Shown in pieces: positions 39,226 through 49,194 of a stretch of 64,000 bases of DNA; within the stretch, counting starts at the first letter, position 1; each line of letters begins with the position of its first letter. The translations under genes were made by a program, and so were the position numbers. This DNA is from an uncultured Chloroflexia bacterium (GTDB lineage: Bacteria; Chloroflexota; Anaerolineae; Anaerolineales; UBA4823). The DNA lies in the NCBI GenBank assembly GCA_963765565.1, contig CAVXWV010000013.1, positions 172,705 to 236,704 on the forward strand, in the 5' to 3' direction. The notes beneath the pieces are model-generated. The model worked only from the letters and a program-made list of their open reading frames with translations. It ran no database searches and was not told where the DNA came from.

Positions 39226-40408
39226 ATGACCGCCACCCAGCCAGCCGGACCCGTCGCCTGCCACTGCCCGCAGTGTGGGGCGAATTTGCCGTTGAACCCA
39301 CACGGTTATGCCGTCTGCCAGTACTGCGGCTCGAGCATCATCTGGAACCTGCCTGCTGGAGGCGAACAGCAAGAGCCTGTGCCCCTGGCACGCGGGCATC
39401 GCCTGCAGCCGTTCACGTATCACCGACCGTGAGGGCACCGGGTCTGGAGCTATTCCGGATGCTGATCCCCGCCGGCTGGCAGTTCCAGGGCGGCTGCCGA
39501 TGGGCACTCGATAACCCGGGCATGCCAGCCGCCGTCGCCTTCCAGGTCAGCAACCCTTCGGGCGCCGAACGTTTCGAAGTCCTGCCCAACATGAACTTCA
39601 CCTGGAACACGGCTGGTATGTTCCAGCAGGTTGGCTCGCGCCATTTCGAGGCGGAGGTGAGACCCCCGGTTAACATCCGGGAGGCGCTGCGCGGGCTGGT
39701 GCTGCCACGCTACCGTTCTGGCCTACAGAACCTGCAGATCCTGCGCGAAGAACCGCTGCCCGACCTGCCGCAGCAGGTGCGCTCAGAAGCGCCGATCAGC
39801 GGGGGCTGGGCGGAGGGTGGAAAAGTGCGCATCTCCTATTCCTGGCAGGGGCAGACTTACGAGGAAGAGCTGTATGGCGTGGTCGAGGTTTTCGCGCCCC
39901 CATCCAGACAATGTTCGGCATATCCGAGCTCCTGGTCTGGTTCGTGGATTACCTGTTCGCCTTCCGGGGCGCCGCCGGCAGGTTGGACGCCAGCGCGGAG
40001 CTGTTTTCAATGATGATCACCTCCTTCCAGCTCAACCCGCAGTGGTACGCCGCTTATAAAGCCATCGTGCAGTCGCTGGCGCAGCAGCAGATCCAGCGCA
40101 TCCATTCGATCGGGCAGATTGGCCAAATCTACGCCCAGACCGGCAGCCAGATACGCGAGCAAAATCTGCGCGAATTTTACTCCCGGCAGGAAATCTACGA
40201 CCGCCTGGCAACCGAACGCAGCCGGCAGATACGCGGCGTCGATGGCTTTTATGATCCCCACCGAGAGCAGGTGGTCGAGATGCCTTCCGGGTACGGGAAT
40301 GCCTGGGCGAACAACCTGGGCGGCTATATCGTCACCGAGGACCCGAATTTCAACCCGAACCTGGAGTCTAACCTGCACTGGGAGCCCATGCAGCCCGCGC
40401 AAGGGTGA
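39226..40408 (+). pseudogene. Hypothetical zinc-ribbon protein (~390 aa) split by two frame breaks
   Basis: Three overlapping ORFs in three frames: 39226-39432 (CHCPQCGA...CQYCGS), 39273-40013 and 39911-40408. The second break lies in a C5 run at about 39897-39902 (VEVFAPP|IQTMFGISELL). Confidence 0.55.
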
Positions 40409-40435
40409 AAGCACCAGTGAAATGAACCCAAAGGT

Positions 40436-41877
40436 TAGGGTAATCGCATTTGGATTAATATGTCATTTCGAACCGTTCTTTGGTGAGAAATCCCTTGTAC
40501 GATAGCCTCTCAATGCCTGCGTAGGTACAAGAACGATTGTGACTCTCAGGGATTTCTCCTCCCTTCGGTCGTCCATTAGACTTAAGGTAAGATCATGGTA
40601 ATCGAACCAAGGGTTGAATAAGTCTACCACTCGTCGAGGGATGTAACTCACATTTCGAAGAAGACCCAACCCTTGGGTGGAGAAAGCTAAATAACATTGA
40701 CGCCTGGCGAAGGCTAATACATGGACAAAGTTCCCTCCACTTCGTTCGATTACCATGATCACAAACCTGAAGGAGAGCACATGAACAGACCCGAATACTA
40801 TGTTGGCATCGATGTCGCCTCTGAGCAATTCACAGTCTCTGCAGGGAGGATGGACAAGAAGTGGGCGATAGTGGTAGCGGCGATGGAATTTGCGAACGAG
40901 TATGACAGCTTTGGGCTGTTTCTGCACTGGATGCAGAGCCAGCAACTGCGGCCCGAGAACACGGTGGTGTGCATGGAAGCCACTGGGGTCTACAACGAAG
41001 TCCTCGCCCACTTCCTGGTGGTCAATCACTACCAGGTAGCGATCGAACCGCCGCTGAAGGTCAAACGCGCCTTTGCGCCAGTGGGGCATAAGTCGGATCC
41101 GGTGGACAGTGGTCAGATAGCCGAGTATGCCTATCGCTTTTATGACGAACTGAAGCTCTGGCAGCCTCGGGATGAAGTTCTGGAGCAAATCAAGACCCTT
41201 TTGACCGCTCGAGAGCAGTTCTCGACCCAAAAGACAGCTCATCAAAACGCCCTGAAAGCCCTGAAGCGCAAGAAGGTACGCACACCCCTGGCAGAAAGTG
41301 CCCACCAGGAAGCCATCACCGAACTGCGCCAGCACATGAAAACTCTCGAGAAGGAAATCGAACGCCTGATTGACCAGGATCCCGACTTCCGCCATCGGGT
41401 TGAGCTGCTCCTGACCGTACCAGGCGTCGGCTTGCTCCTGGCCGCCCACCTGCTGGTCTTGTTTCAGTCGGCTCCCGAGCTGCCCGACGCCAAACAACTG
41501 GCCGCATATCTCGGCATCTGTCCCTATGAACGCAAGAGTGGTTCTTCTATCTATCACAAACCAACTTCCCGTCATTATGGCCCGCCTGCTATGCGTAAGC
41601 TGATTTTCCTGGCAGCTATGTCCGTGCGTACCCACCGAAAACAATTCACTCTCTATTTCCTGCGTAAGCTCGCTGAAGGCAAGCCAAGAAAACTGGTCAT
41701 GAACAACATCGCCAATAAACTGTGCAAAATTATCTGTGCCGTTGTGAGGTCCAGCACTCCTTACATCCCGAATTATCATTCTGTCAATCCTGGCCTTCTA
41801 AAAAAGCCCTTGACAGTGTCATAACATTCGAAATGACATTAAACGGGGTATAAAATCTTTCAAATGCGATTACCCTA
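40436..41877 (+). mobile_element. IS110-family element inside a short palindromic shell, flanked by a 10-bp direct repeat
   Basis: Outer inverted repeats TAGGGTAATCGCATTTG (40436-40452) / CAAATGCGATTACCCTA (41861-41877). Inner inverted repeats TGTCATTTCGAA (40461-40472) / TTCGAAATGACA (41827-41838). Direct repeat ACCCAAAGGT at 40426-40435 and 41878-41887. Confidence 0.75.
40781..41824 (+). CDS. IS110-family (DEDD) transposase
   Basis: YYVGIDVASEQF N-terminal motif and C-terminal LLLTVPGVGLLLAAHLL helix-hairpin-helix. AGGAGA lies upstream of ATG 40781. Confidence 0.85.
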   Translation: MNRPEYYVGIDVASEQFTVSAGRMDKKWAIVVAAMEFANEYDSFGLFLHWMQSQQLRPENTVVCMEATGVYNEVLAHFLVVNHYQVAIEPPLKVKRAFAPVGHKSDPVDSGQIAEYAYRFYDELKLWQPRDEVLEQIKTLLTAREQFSTQKTAHQNALKALKRKKVRTPLAESAHQEAITELRQHMKTLEKEIERLIDQDPDFRHRVELLLTVPGVGLLLAAHLLVLFQSAPELPDAKQLAAYLGICPYERKSGSSIYHKPTSRHYGPPAMRKLIFLAAMSVRTHRKQFTLYFLRKLAEGKPRKLVMNNIANKLCKIICAVVRSSTPYIPNYHSVNPGLLKKPLTVS

Positions 41878-41977
41878 ACCCAAAGGTATTGACAAAACAG
41901 AACAATAGTTCTATGATTCAACGTGTAACACCCAAACTGGCTCAACCCATTTCCTTTTGCCCTCCTAGGATACCACC

Positions 41978-42964
41978 ATGAAAAAACTCGAAGGACTGCG
42001 TTTTCAACAACGATTCATCACGCAACTGGACTGCATCAAAGGCTGCCTGGGCTACCTGGGGCGCGAAATCTCGTTCCCATGGCTCTATGGCGGTACAGGA
42101 TACGCATTCGTATTAAACATCCAGGAAACACTCGATCCCAGCGGGCCTACCTGTTGGGATACGCAACCAATCTTCGACCTGGCGCCCAACCTGGGCTACC
42201 AGGTCAAAGGGATATCGATCGATAAAGAAAAAGCCGGCAATCAATTTCCCGAGTATCAACGCCAGGCCTGGGATTTCGTGCGCGAAAACCTGGACCGCGG
42301 CCTGCCCTGTTACGGATGGGAAGTCGATCCATATATCCCCGACTATTCGATTATTTATGGGTACGAGGACGACGACCCGGTGACCGGGCTGGGCGGTGGT
42401 TACCTGTACACGGGCTGGGTGACCGGAGGCCCGCGAGATTGGCGCACGCTGGGCGAAACCGACGTCACCGTATTGCAGGTGTATTCCATCGAGCTACGCA
42501 CACCGGCAGCGGCGCAGAAAGTCGCGCAGGAGGCGCTCGTACTGGCAGTCCAGAAAGCGAAGGAACCTGGGGACTGGTTCACGGCACCGGGCTATGCCAG
42601 CGGACTCGCGGGGTACGAGCTTTGGGCAGAATCGCTCGAAACGGGACGCGCCATCCGCGATGGGCACAGCTATAATACCGCCTGCTGGCTCGAATGCCGC
42701 GCAATGGCCGCGGACTTTTTACAGGAAGCCCATCTTCAACTGCCTGGTTATTGCGAACAGGCTTTCGAGGAGGCCATCATCTGCTATAAGGAGGTCAGCG
42801 AGAGGCTGCGGGAAGTGCTCAACCTGCATCCTCTAAACCTCGAAGGCTGGGATAACGAGACCTTGCTGCAATCTTCACAGGCAGCAGGGCTGCTGAGGCA
42901 AGCCCAGGCGGCCGAAGGAAAGGGGCTGGCAGCTTTAAAGTACATCGCCGAGACATTAACTTGA
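41978..42964 (+). CDS. Uncharacterised protein, possible BtrH-like/papain-like N-terminal fold plus helical C-terminal domain
   Basis: 328-aa ORF with clean coding text. The Cys-containing N-terminus (LDCIKGCLGYLG) and overall layout are shared with the paralogue at 46407-47403. The family guess is from memory only. Confidence 0.45.
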   Translation: MKKLEGLRFQQRFITQLDCIKGCLGYLGREISFPWLYGGTGYAFVLNIQETLDPSGPTCWDTQPIFDLAPNLGYQVKGISIDKEKAGNQFPEYQRQAWDFVRENLDRGLPCYGWEVDPYIPDYSIIYGYEDDDPVTGLGGGYLYTGWVTGGPRDWRTLGETDVTVLQVYSIELRTPAAAQKVAQEALVLAVQKAKEPGDWFTAPGYASGLAGYELWAESLETGRAIRDGHSYNTACWLECRAMAADFLQEAHLQLPGYCEQAFEEAIICYKEVSERLREVLNLHPLNLEGWDNETLLQSSQAAGLLRQAQAAEGKGLAALKYIAETLT

Positions 42965-44079
42965 ACTTCGAACTCACAACCAGCTCTTTCCAAAGCACCA
43001 GCCAGTGGCACGCCTGGCGCTTAGGCCTGGACCTGGCAAAGTACGTCGATAGCACCCCGCCGGGGATTCCCGAGGAACAGGCTGCCGGCTTCCGGGCACG
43101 TCACCAGGCGCTCTACCAATATTTTCAGGACTTGTTGGCAGACCTATATGAGAATCCTCAGGCTTATGGACTGCCCGAACAACCTTACGAAGCCTTTATC
43201 GAAAGCCGCCTACGCATGCAGGAGGACCAGGAGGAGAAGAAGCGTGTGATGGCAGCCCGTCTGAAAGCACGCAAGGCGCTCGAAACCGGCATCCTGGACT
43301 TTCTCTACCAGATCGGGTTGGCTGGTATCCCGGATGGACAGGATTTGAGGCTTGAGCGGATTTTCTACACGCAGCTCGTGGCGCAAAAGGCCAAGAAAGG
43401 CGGGATCAAGGGCTTTGGCAATGGATTCGAACGGTTGGGACTGACGTTTACCGGCAGCGACCCTGTGATCGTATCTAATCCTCAGTACCCGGGCATGCTG
43501 CCAGGGCTGGTAACATTCTCCAAAGCCTGCGCAGACAATAAAGACTACGGCTGGTATTTCTTCCGGCGCTGCGACCTGGGTATCCTGGGAGGTAAGCGCC
43601 TTCCAGACCTCGAGGACGGCCTGCACCTGGCGCCCACAGGACTGTGCGACGAAATCCGCAAGACCGACCGACTACTTACCGATCGTAAGTACAAACGCGA
43701 AATCCTGGTCGGGGATGCCAACGCCGGCTTTCGCCTGCGTTATAGTAAAAAGAGTAACCAGGTCGTGTACTGGGTGCGCTTCATGAGCTGGTCTTCGCCT
43801 GATTTCGATCACAACCTGCGCTGGGATCACAAGAGCGACTTGATGAAACGACTATTTGTGAAGCTGGACGAAGGCAGGCCTGACCTCGCTGATCGCATTT
43901 TCGAGGGGATCAAGAAGTGCGAATACGATTATGAGAACTGCATGGCACGGGTGGTGCTCGAGCGGTACGGGCAATCCCTGGACTGCTGCTCGGAAGCCGG
44001 CTGGGACACCATCGGCAAAACTCCCGGGGAGATGGAGGATTTACGGTTTGTTTTGGGAGTACTGAATGAGCTTTTATAA
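42961..44079 (+). CDS. Uncharacterised 372-aa protein, translationally coupled to the upstream gene
   Basis: TTG 42961 overlaps the upstream TGA (TTGA). Coding-like text with a C-terminal Cys cluster (KKCEYDYENC...LDCC). No family recognised. Confidence 0.5.
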   Translation: MNFELTTSSFQSTSQWHAWRLGLDLAKYVDSTPPGIPEEQAAGFRARHQALYQYFQDLLADLYENPQAYGLPEQPYEAFIESRLRMQEDQEEKKRVMAARLKARKALETGILDFLYQIGLAGIPDGQDLRLERIFYTQLVAQKAKKGGIKGFGNGFERLGLTFTGSDPVIVSNPQYPGMLPGLVTFSKACADNKDYGWYFFRRCDLGILGGKRLPDLEDGLHLAPTGLCDEIRKTDRLLTDRKYKREILVGDANAGFRLRYSKKSNQVVYWVRFMSWSSPDFDHNLRWDHKSDLMKRLFVKLDEGRPDLADRIFEGIKKCEYDYENCMARVVLERYGQSLDCCSEAGWDTIGKTPGEMEDLRFVLGVLNELL

Positions 44080-44217
44080 ACCAGTCAGACCAACCGCAGA
44101 TTGCCTGCAAAGAACGCAGGTAATCCGATTTTCGCAGATGGTTCTTATTCTCATCTGTTCGGCGTTTATCTGCGAAATCTGCGGTTAATGTTTTTTCCCT
44201 CATAAAGGAGACAATTT

Positions 44218-44676
44218 ATGAAAATTGACCATATGCGCTTACTCGTCGTCAACTTTACGGAGTGCTTTCGCTTCTACCATGATGTCATCGGACTGAAAGT
44301 GCTTTGGGGAAACGAAAATGATTCTTACGCTTCATTCATCGACCAGGCTGGTGAAAAGCCAAACATCGCCCTGTTCAAGTGCGATTCCATGGCGGAAGCT
44401 ATTGGCACAAACGATTTACCCATTGACATTCCATGCCAGGACCGCGCCATGCTGATCATCGGCGTGGACGATGTAGATGCCGAGTTCAAGCGCTTGCAAG
44501 CACTGGGTGTGCAGTTGGTGGCTGAACCGAAGAACTATCCGGGTTGGGGCATGCGCAGCGCCTACGTGCGCGACCCGGACGGAAACCTGATCGAGCTGAC
44601 CGGAGAGCTGCCGCCCGAGGACTGGTCACAGGAGCTGCGGGACGCCGCTGAGGAGTACATAAAAGCAGCGTCCTGA
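44218..44676 (+). CDS. VOC-family (glyoxalase/bleomycin-resistance fold) protein
   Basis: IDHMRLLVVNFTECFRFYHDVIGLKV ... VRDPDGNLIEL. AAGGAG lies upstream. Confidence 0.75.
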   Translation: MKIDHMRLLVVNFTECFRFYHDVIGLKVLWGNENDSYASFIDQAGEKPNIALFKCDSMAEAIGTNDLPIDIPCQDRAMLIIGVDDVDAEFKRLQALGVQLVAEPKNYPGWGMRSAYVRDPDGNLIELTGELPPEDWSQELRDAAEEYIKAAS

Positions 44677-44692
44677 AACAGGAAAGGTATAA

Positions 44693-45364
44693 ATGGACGA
44701 ACAAGGCTTCAGCGACTCCATGCATAAAGCAAAGAAATCAGAACGGGCGATCCAGGCGCACATGGAAGGCGTCCGGGCCTTCGAGACTTACCTGGCAAGT
44801 CTTGGGAAAACACTTGAAAGCGCAACACCAGAAGACCTGCGTACTTTTGCTCAAGGCGGCAACACCGACGTCTTCGGAATCTGGTGCTATTACGAATACA
44901 CCGGTAACGAACTCCTATGGGCGACCGCCAGTGACCTGTGGTCAGCGCCAAATTATGAGAAGTTCAAGCTCAAGGAGTTCCTGGATGTCGACCTGGAGGC
45001 AGTGGAAACGCTCAAACACCACGGCATCGCCACCTGCCCGCAAATGGTGGCCGCTGGCAGGACGCCCCTGATGCGTCGTGAGTTGGCGATGAATACAGGC
45101 ATCTCCGAGGAGACGATCCTGGAGCTGGTCAAGCTTGCTGACCAGGCGCGCATCGGCGGTCACAAGCGCATTCGCGCCCGCCTCTTTCACAACGCCGGGC
45201 TGGATACGTTGGACAAGATCGCCGTCTTGGAACCCGAGCAGGTGCGCCAGGTTCTGATCGAGTACATCGAGCGTACAGGCTTTCCCGGCATTCCATCAAC
45301 TCCCAAGGAAGCCACTCACAGCGTGATGCTGGCGCGCTACCTGCCGAGGTTGGTCAATTATTGA
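44693..45364 (+). CDS. DUF4332-like helix-hairpin-helix domain protein
   Basis: LKHHGIATCPQMVAAGRTP..RRELAMNTGISEETILELVKLADQARIGG...RARLFHNAGLDTLDKIA matches my recollection of the DUF4332 pattern. Confidence 0.5.
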   Translation: MDEQGFSDSMHKAKKSERAIQAHMEGVRAFETYLASLGKTLESATPEDLRTFAQGGNTDVFGIWCYYEYTGNELLWATASDLWSAPNYEKFKLKEFLDVDLEAVETLKHHGIATCPQMVAAGRTPLMRRELAMNTGISEETILELVKLADQARIGGHKRIRARLFHNAGLDTLDKIAVLEPEQVRQVLIEYIERTGFPGIPSTPKEATHSVMLARYLPRLVNY

Positions 45365-45384
45365 GACATATTGAAAGGAAAAAA

Positions 45385-45858
45385 ATGGAACCAAAAATTG
45401 TACAAAAACCTGAAATAAACCTGGTTGGAATGGTGGTATTTGCCAATCCCACCGAAGGTGAATTTGCCAAAACCTGGGATCGCTTCATCCAGTATCGCGA
45501 TGAGCTTCCGGAGCACTCGAATACGACGGACCATTACGGTGTGGAGTTCTATACCCAGGACATGGCATTAACCCACAAATGGTTTTACATGGCCGCCGAT
45601 GAGGTAGATAACCTGGATGTCATCCCAGTCCGGATGGTCGCCAAGCGCCTGCCTGCAACCACCTATGCCGTGTTTACAGTCAGAGGTGGATTGAAGGAAC
45701 TTGGCGAAGGGTTTCGTTACGCCTACGATACCTGGCTGCCCCATTCGGGCTACGAGATTGCCCATCCCTATGACTTTGAGTTTTACCAGGACGGGCGCTT
45801 CAAGGGCGACGCCGATGATTCCGAGATCGATATCTACATCCCGATCAAGTCACGATAA
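45385..45858 (+). CDS. GyrI-like small-molecule-binding (effector-binding) domain protein
   Basis: About 157 aa. Typical start KIVQKPEINLVGM and end EFYQDGRF...SEIDIYIPIK. Confidence 0.7.
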   Translation: MEPKIVQKPEINLVGMVVFANPTEGEFAKTWDRFIQYRDELPEHSNTTDHYGVEFYTQDMALTHKWFYMAADEVDNLDVIPVRMVAKRLPATTYAVFTVRGGLKELGEGFRYAYDTWLPHSGYEIAHPYDFEFYQDGRFKGDADDSEIDIYIPIKSR

Positions 45859-45868
45859 GTGAGGACCA

Positions 45869-46315
45869 ATGAACACAAAACAACTCTTTGAATATTGGGC
45901 AGCTGTGCGCCAGGGACTGCTCGAGGCGTTGGGCATGCTCAGTGATAAGCAGCTGGATTACAGGCCACGAGAAGGATTATGGACTTTACGCGAGACCGTC
46001 GTCCACCTTGCCGGGACCGAGGACGGCTGGCTGCGCTATTACACCCAGAACCGCTGGCACGAATCTGAACCTCGGGCTGAAGATTATGCGACTATTGGTT
46101 CGTTGAAAACGCTGTTGGATGAGATGCACCAGCGCACCCTGGAGCAATTCGCCAGCGATCCGGATGGGATGATGGAGCAGTTGTGCACACTGCCCTGGGG
46201 AGGTGAAGTGTCCATGGGCTGGGCAGTCTGGCACGTGCTCGAGCACGAAATTCACCATCGCGGCGAGATCTATTTGATGCTGGGAATGATGGGCATCGAG
46301 GCGCCGGATGTCTGA
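45869..46315 (+). CDS. DinB-family protein
   Basis: His triad context: LRETVVHLAGTEDGW and HVLEHEIHHRGEIY. Confidence 0.75.
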   Translation: MNTKQLFEYWAAVRQGLLEALGMLSDKQLDYRPREGLWTLRETVVHLAGTEDGWLRYYTQNRWHESEPRAEDYATIGSLKTLLDEMHQRTLEQFASDPDGMMEQLCTLPWGGEVSMGWAVWHVLEHEIHHRGEIYLMLGMMGIEAPDV

Positions 46316-46406
46316 TTCATGAACCCTTGAGAAGGGACGGCGCATCATAGATCGGTACGGCGCACCCAAGATCAGTGCGGAATCTCAAGGTTAATCACTA
46401 GGAGAA

Positions 46407-47403
46407 ATGACCATGCTTCTAAAAAATGTCGACCGTTACCGGGTCGTGGAGGCTATGACCGAAGGCTTGCGCGTCGTGCTCAACTACCGGGGAGAGTCTT
46501 ATTCACCTGCCTACGTGCACGGCATTTCGGGCTCAGCCTTTCACATCGCCGGCATCTGCCCGTGCGCGCCAACCAGCACGACAGGCAACGACCCGCTCGA
46601 GCTGGCGCGGCGCTTTGGTTACCAGGTTGAGCATATGCCACTTTTTAACGAGACCGTCAAATGGGACCAGCCAGCCCCGGACGAGCTGCTGTATACCATG
46701 ATCGAGCGGGTCCAGGACGACATCCGCGATAACAGGCCGGTGATGGTCTGGCATGCCTTCACCAACGCCGAATGGGACGTGGTGGCGGGTTTCGATACAG
46801 AGAAAAAGGTCTTCTTTGGACGCGGCTCCTACCAGGGTTTGGATGGCTATGCTGAAGCCTCCTGGACGCGCCCCGTGCGAAGCCCTGGAGATTTGCCCGG
46901 CGTTCGGTGCGATCTTCATCGGGGAGAAGTCCGGTGAGTTCGATGCCGAAAAAGCGGAATTGGATTCGCTGAAGGCAGCCGTGGCGCATGCCCATTCTAA
47001 TAAAGGCGTCGACAAGCTCGGGGGCAGCGAGTGGGTCTTCCTGGAAGGCTTCCGGGCTTACCAACGCTGGGTTGATGATTTTAAATCCCCCGAAAAGGTG
47101 CGTGGCCTGGGCGACGCCTACTGCTACGGCATCTACCGCAGCACCCACAGGGCGGCCGGCGATTACCTGGCAGAACTGTCGGGAAAATACTCAACATTAA
47201 AAACCGTGCTTATAGCGGCCTCGCTTGCTTTCATGGAAGAAGCTGCGATCCTGGATAAAGCTGAAAGGCTTTTATGGTGGAATTCGCCTGAAGGTCCAGA
47301 CGCGGGGCGCAACGAGCAGGTTGTCGCGGCCCTGGAAAGCGCCCTCGCCTTTTACCAGAAAGGTATCGCAAGCATCGAAGAAACACTCATCAGGATGGGT
47401 TGA
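46407..47403 (+). pseudogene. Divergent paralogue of the 41978-42964 protein; 1-nt frame break at the C-run 46871-46874
   Basis: Fragments 46407-46937 and 46753-47403. Deleting one C restores ...GYAEASWTRPCEALEICPAFGAIFIGEKSGEF.... The layout matches 41978-42964. Confidence 0.5.
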
Positions 47404-47515
47404 TGGAGCGGAAGTAGGTGACGCTGAAAGCCTTGACAGCCATAAGGTGATTTGATACAAAGGAATTCACCTAATCTTATTCACTTCCGGTAAACCCGGA
47501 TCAGGAGAATTTAAT

Positions 47516-49066
47516 ATGTCATTGAATGCCTTTTCTGTGCGCGACTTCGGGGCGGAAGGCGACGGTAAAACGCTGGACACCGCGGCCATCCAGGCAGCCA
47601 TCGATGCCTGCACCAACCAATCCGGGGGCAAGGTCTACTTCCCGCCCGGCGATTACCTGACCGGCACGCTGCAGCTCAAGGACAACGTCACCCTGCACCT
47701 GGAAACCAACGCCCGCCTGCTGGGGAGCACCTCGCTGGCGGACTACCCCAACCTGGGGCGCTCCGAAGGGATGCACGATTATTGTCTTTTAAACGCCTAT
47801 CAGGCACACCACATCGGTCTCGAAGGTAGGGGCATCATCGACGGGCAGGGTGCGGCATTCCCTTACGGCTCCGAAGGCTTTAATTTTGAGGATGAAGAGG
47901 TCGCTCCTTCCACGCAATCCTTCATCCGCCCGATGCTCATTCATTTCACGGACTGCCAAAATGTGGTCATCCGTGACCTGACCCTGCAGCATTCCCCTTC
48001 CTGGTGCTGCAACCTGGAAAAAATCCAGGGAGATGCACATCCACGGGGTGCACCTGTTCAACCGCGCCAACCAGAACAACGACGGTTTCGACCTGACTTC
48101 TGTGCGAGGACGTGACCATCTCTGACTGCCACATCGACTGCGGGGACGACGCCGTGGCTTTGAAAGAAGGCGGCGAGCGCATCGTGGTGACCAACTGCAT
48201 CATCAGCACGCGCTGGGCGGCTTTCCGGGTGGGTCCGGAAGCCCACGGCGATTACCGCGACATCGCCGTTTCCAACTGCGTGATCTACAACACCTACGGC
48301 GCCGGGATTAAAATCCAGGAGGTCGAGGGCGGGATCATGGAAAACATCTCCTTCGACAACCTGGTGATGAATCACGTCACCGGGCCGATCTCGCTGCGGC
48401 TGGGCGGTTACCTGGGCTGGAAGAACGAGCGCAAGGAGAGCCTGCCGATCGGCGTGCTGCGCAACATCCGCTTCAGCAACATCCGGGCGACGGTGGCGGA
48501 CAACGCCTACCCTCTGCGCCACGAAGTGCCCGCCTTCCCGGGCGAAAAGAAATCGTGCATCAACGTCACGGGCGTGCCCGGGTATTACGTTGAGGGCATT
48601 ACTTTCAACAATATACACATCACTTTCCCGGGCGGCGGCGACCTCCGAGGACGCCCAGAGGGTTGTGCCCGAGCTGCGCGACCACTACCCCGAGTACCAC
48701 ATGTTCGGCACGCTGCCGGCTTACGGCATGTACGCCCGCCACGCCCGGGACCTGCGCCTGGAGAATGTCACTTTTGACTTCGCCGGCCAGGAGCTGAGAC
48801 CGGCGCTGGTCTGCGACGACGTCCAGGACCTGGAGCTATCCAATTTCCGGGCGGTTGGGAACGCCGAAGGCGAGCTGGTGCGGTTGGTGGACACCTGCGG
48901 GGCATTCATCCACGACTGCCGGCCGCTGGGCAAGGTTGCGAGGTTCCTGGATATCCAGGGAAATGCCAGCGAAGGCATCCTGGTACAGTCGAATGATCTG
49001 CGCGGAAGTGGAAATCCATACTCGGCATCTGCAGGGGCTGATAATTCGACCGTAATCCTGCAATAA
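47516..49066 (+). pseudogene. Glycoside hydrolase family 28-like protein with three frame breaks
   Basis: Pieces 47516-~48030, ~48030-48105 (EMHIHGVHLFNRANQNNDGFDLTS), 48106-~48640 (CEDVTISDCHIDCGDDAVALK...) and ~48640-49066 (TSEDAQRVVPELRDHYPEYHMFG...). Each junction is restored by removing one inserted G (about 48028, 48103 and 48639). Confidence 0.75.
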
Positions 49067-49088
49067 CCTGCAGAACGGGCATTCCTAT

Positions 49089-49180
49089 GTAGGGGCACAG
49101 CAGGTTTTTCGCTGTGCCCTTTTCCCAGGGCATCATCCAGGTCCAGGTAGGGCACAGCGGTAGTGCTGCTGTGCCCCTAC
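49089..49180. terminator. Nested palindrome between convergent GH28 and sulfatase genes
   Basis: Outer 15-bp stem GTAGGGGCACAGCAG / CTGCTGTGCCCCTAC. Inner hairpins GGGCACAGC/GCTGTGCCC lie at 49093-49119 (followed by TTTTCC) and 49150-49176. Confidence 0.6.
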
Positions 49181-49194
49181 GTGTATCCGGTTGG

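Noticed and set aside
40463-41779. 438-aa minus-strand ORF covering the whole IS110 transposase
   Set aside because: It is antisense to a transposase with clear DEDD and HhH motifs and an RBS. Its own text has no recognisable domain and no RBS, so it is probably spurious.
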